From Candidatus Poribacteria bacterium (GTDB lineage: Bacteria > Poribacteria > WGA-4E > PCPOR2b), in the NCBI GenBank assembly GCA_965218095.1, contig OZ244587.1:3296001-3360000 (forward strand): 64,000 nt of DNA, written 5' to 3'. The notes beneath the pieces are model-generated. The model did not search any database and was not told the DNA's origin. It saw only the letters and a program-made list of their open reading frames with translations. Both the position numbers and the translations under genes were made by a program. Below, piece by piece: positions 61,483 through 64,000 of the stretch; the stretch's first letter is position 1; each line of letters starts with the position of its first letter.

Positions 61483-63828
61483 TTATTGATGCGGCTTGGC
61501 TTTTTTCTTTTTTGGTTTGATAATTTGTTCACGCGCCCATTCGCACCGTTCAATCCAATCCTCCGCGCTGTGAATCACCCCAAGGGGCAATGTGTTATCT
61601 GCGGCAATCCGGTGAAACTTCTCAATGGCTTGGTCATATTGTCCGAGCCGATACGAATTGACCCCGATGAGCCTCGTATTTTCAAGGAGCAAGAGTTGGT
61701 GCGGCAGCCCGAAAGCAACCGCTTTCAGCAGATAATGATTTGATGAGGCGTAGGCTTGATCAAAATGGAGTTGTCGTCCAATTAGATAGTACGCCGGCCC
61801 CCACGTTGGCGCCGCGTTGATGACCTCATGGAGCAATGTCATTCTGAGTCGGCTTGATGATTGGCCGATGAGCACCTGCTTGATTTTATCCTCTACATCG
61901 GCAAAGTCGAGCGCCAGCGTTGCTAGCTTGATCTGGACTTCCCGGTCGAGGGCATCAGATGGGTGAAGGGCAAAGACCTCTTGATAGCGTGAACGGGCGC
62001 CCTCATGCTCTCTCTGCTGCCAATAGACATTCCCCTCCACATTTTTCGCTTCTGCGATCTGCCTCACGCTTGCTTTGGGGTGCGCGATGATTCTCGCTGC
62101 CCACTCTAATGTTGAAAGATAATCTCCCATCTGATAATGCGTATACATTAGCCCATGCAGGTAGCGCGGATTATCGGGGTTAAATTGGTAGATCTGTTCA
62201 AATAAGTGGCTCCCAGCGCTGAAATTCGATCGGCGATACGCCCTCCACGCCTTTGCAGAAAGTTCAGCGATTTCATGGGCGCACGGTTTCTGGAAGATGC
62301 TTGGGCGTTTGAAACGGTGCTCCGCAATCGCCAGATCGACTGCCGGCAGAGAGACCGTATCCAGAAATGCCTCCCATTCTTGAACCAGCGCGGCCAGGGG
62401 TTTGCCGTAAACCTTCTCGAAATTTCCCTTTGGAAAGACACGCTTGAATTTCTCGATTCCATAAGTATCGACGAGGAAGCGCACAAAAGAACCCGCCAAC
62501 GTATAGCTCCGCGATGAGGCTTGTGTCCAGAAACCGAGCCCCATGATCCGCTGCATCCTTGGGGCAATCCGTAACTGCCGCATCGCCTGACTCCATTGAT
62601 GCGCTGTGAGCTTGCCTTCATCCCACTCTGCAGCAACAGCGAGCCCCTCATGCAGTCCGAGTTTGAGGCTCACTTTCAAGATCGGATGCCAATCCGTCGT
62701 CAATGCATGTGCTAACTCATGTTTCATGACCGGATGGGGGAAGTCCTCGTCATTAATGTGGAAGCCGTATCCAAGCGGGTCTTCAATCGATGTGCCTCGC
62801 GCTCCGATTAGCCGTTTTTTCTGTTCAGGAGATGTGTAGATATAGGATCTAACCTTCTTCGTTGGCTGGATTTGGAAGTAATGGATTAACTGCGCATAGC
62901 GGAACTCATGATCTTGCGCAATCCACTCAATCTCCCGTTCAACCCGCGAGCCCTTCTCGTAGTAAATTTTGAAATGCTCCGTCTCCTTCAACCCACCCAG
63001 TTTTTTCTCAATATACCCCCGTGTCGGACGCAAACCCAGATCTCCGCGACACAGATAGATCAGCGCGAATACCATCACCAGCGCAATGAGACGAATTCGA
63101 TGGTTTAGATCGTCAAAACGCGGCTTGAATCGACAAAGCTTCTGCCAATGGAGCATCAGTGTGAGTCGGGTATGCCTGCCAACCTCCAGTGTGTTGATCG
63201 CAAGCGACAGGAAGATCCACGCCAATAGCAATGTCGTTCCGCGTGCGATGAGCAGTATACCGGATATCACGATGCGTTCGTCATAAATGGGACCCGGGAA
63301 ATAACCGAAGGTCGAGTGATAGCCAAAGACCGGTGGGTGAAAGATGAGGTTGTAGGCAAGTGCCAGAAGCGTGACGAAGATGTAGGCAAGATAAGTGAGG
63401 TAAGCCGTCCAACGTCTCTTCAACCATAATCCGAAGAACACGCCTGCGGCGGTTGCATAGGCGCAACTGACCACCGGCAGAAGGAGGAAGAAAGCGAAAC
63501 CTTCCAAGAAATCGCAGTTTTTGACACGAAATGCGTTCAGCAGGATAATGATCAGGGGCAAGACCAGCAGTGTCAAGCCGTCCCCAAATACTCGCCAGAA
63601 CAGCGCCATGACGACCTGAGAGGCAGCGCCTCTGACAGCTTGTGTGCGACATCTGAGGTGTTGCACACCCGTTACGGCGATATGGGCCCCCGCAAATGAA
63701 ATACCGATAGCGAAGACCGTGCAGAATTCAAATGCCAGGAGGTTAAACAGTGGAAGATTTGCTAAAACCAACGCAAGGAGCGTAAACGCTATGAACCAGA
63801 TCCAGTAGGAGAAGGATTTGAAGGTCAT
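61483..63828 (-). CDS. Membrane protein with N-terminal TM helices, a zinc-peptidase-like domain and TPRs
   Basis: GYFPGPIYDE; ETEHFKIYY; HELAH...EGLAVA gluzincin pattern; C-terminal TPRs. Confidence 0.8.
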   Translation of the reverse strand: MTFKSFSYWIWFIAFTLLALVLANLPLFNLLAFEFCTVFAIGISFAGAHIAVTGVQHLRCRTQAVRGAASQVVMALFWRVFGDGLTLLVLPLIIILLNAFRVKNCDFLEGFAFFLLLPVVSCAYATAAGVFFGLWLKRRWTAYLTYLAYIFVTLLALAYNLIFHPPVFGYHSTFGYFPGPIYDERIVISGILLIARGTTLLLAWIFLSLAINTLEVGRHTRLTLMLHWQKLCRFKPRFDDLNHRIRLIALVMVFALIYLCRGDLGLRPTRGYIEKKLGGLKETEHFKIYYEKGSRVEREIEWIAQDHEFRYAQLIHYFQIQPTKKVRSYIYTSPEQKKRLIGARGTSIEDPLGYGFHINDEDFPHPVMKHELAHALTTDWHPILKVSLKLGLHEGLAVAAEWDEGKLTAHQWSQAMRQLRIAPRMQRIMGLGFWTQASSRSYTLAGSFVRFLVDTYGIEKFKRVFPKGNFEKVYGKPLAALVQEWEAFLDTVSLPAVDLAIAEHRFKRPSIFQKPCAHEIAELSAKAWRAYRRSNFSAGSHLFEQIYQFNPDNPRYLHGLMYTHYQMGDYLSTLEWAARIIAHPKASVRQIAEAKNVEGNVYWQQREHEGARSRYQEVFALHPSDALDREVQIKLATLALDFADVEDKIKQVLIGQSSSRLRMTLLHEVINAAPTWGPAYYLIGRQLHFDQAYASSNHYLLKAVAFGLPHQLLLLENTRLIGVNSYRLGQYDQAIEKFHRIAADNTLPLGVIHSAEDWIERCEWAREQIIKPKKKKAKPHQ

Positions 63829-64000
63829 AAAATATAAACATTAGAAAGCAGAAAAACGAAAGATTAAGCCGATTGACAAGTTAGCATGTGAAACGCCAAA
63901 TCCATGGATAAGATATTTACGTTTCACGTATCAAGCCTCACACAAGCATTGATTCATTTTGCATAGTGTGGGGAAAATAAAACCCCAATAATTCACTTGA

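Noticed and set aside
1-64000. tRNA (including tRNA-Sec), rRNA, sel genes, integrases and defence systems
   Set aside because: None recognised in this window, so the Sec calls depend on machinery elsewhere in the genome

Overview
A 64 kb bacterial chromosomal window of about 50% GC. It is most likely Candidatus Poribacteria; this is an inference from the V-x-P-x-GK-x4-(W/L)G-x-IK motif and the NYPNPFNPETWIPF C-terminal domain. Intact core genes include rpsU, infC(AUU)-rpmI-rplT, a Phe T-box followed by pheS and pheT, and a form II-type coxS-L-M-G molybdo-flavoprotein cluster. The window also holds many secreted beta-propeller and TPR proteins and an ECF sigma-TM-Kelch fusion. Accessory DNA is heavily decayed, with in-frame stops, frameshifts, IS982 and IS5 remnants and TA-targeting MITEs. 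Highlights: (1) two selenoprotein candidates that the ORF track splits or misses, an HMA lipoprotein (UGGC, 40210-40569) and a carboxypeptidase-regulatory-like + AhpC/TSA lipoprotein (UPHC, 55222-56415), each with an in-frame TGA at a conserved Cys position and a SECIS-like hairpin whose loop starts 21-22 nt downstream; (2) a four-helix-bundle gene bracketed by inverted heptamer arrays inside the cox operon, with empty heptamer hairpins elsewhere, one carried by a TA-duplicating MITE; (3) a T-box riboswitch in an apparently diderm lineage. All family assignments come from motif recognition; no database searches were run.
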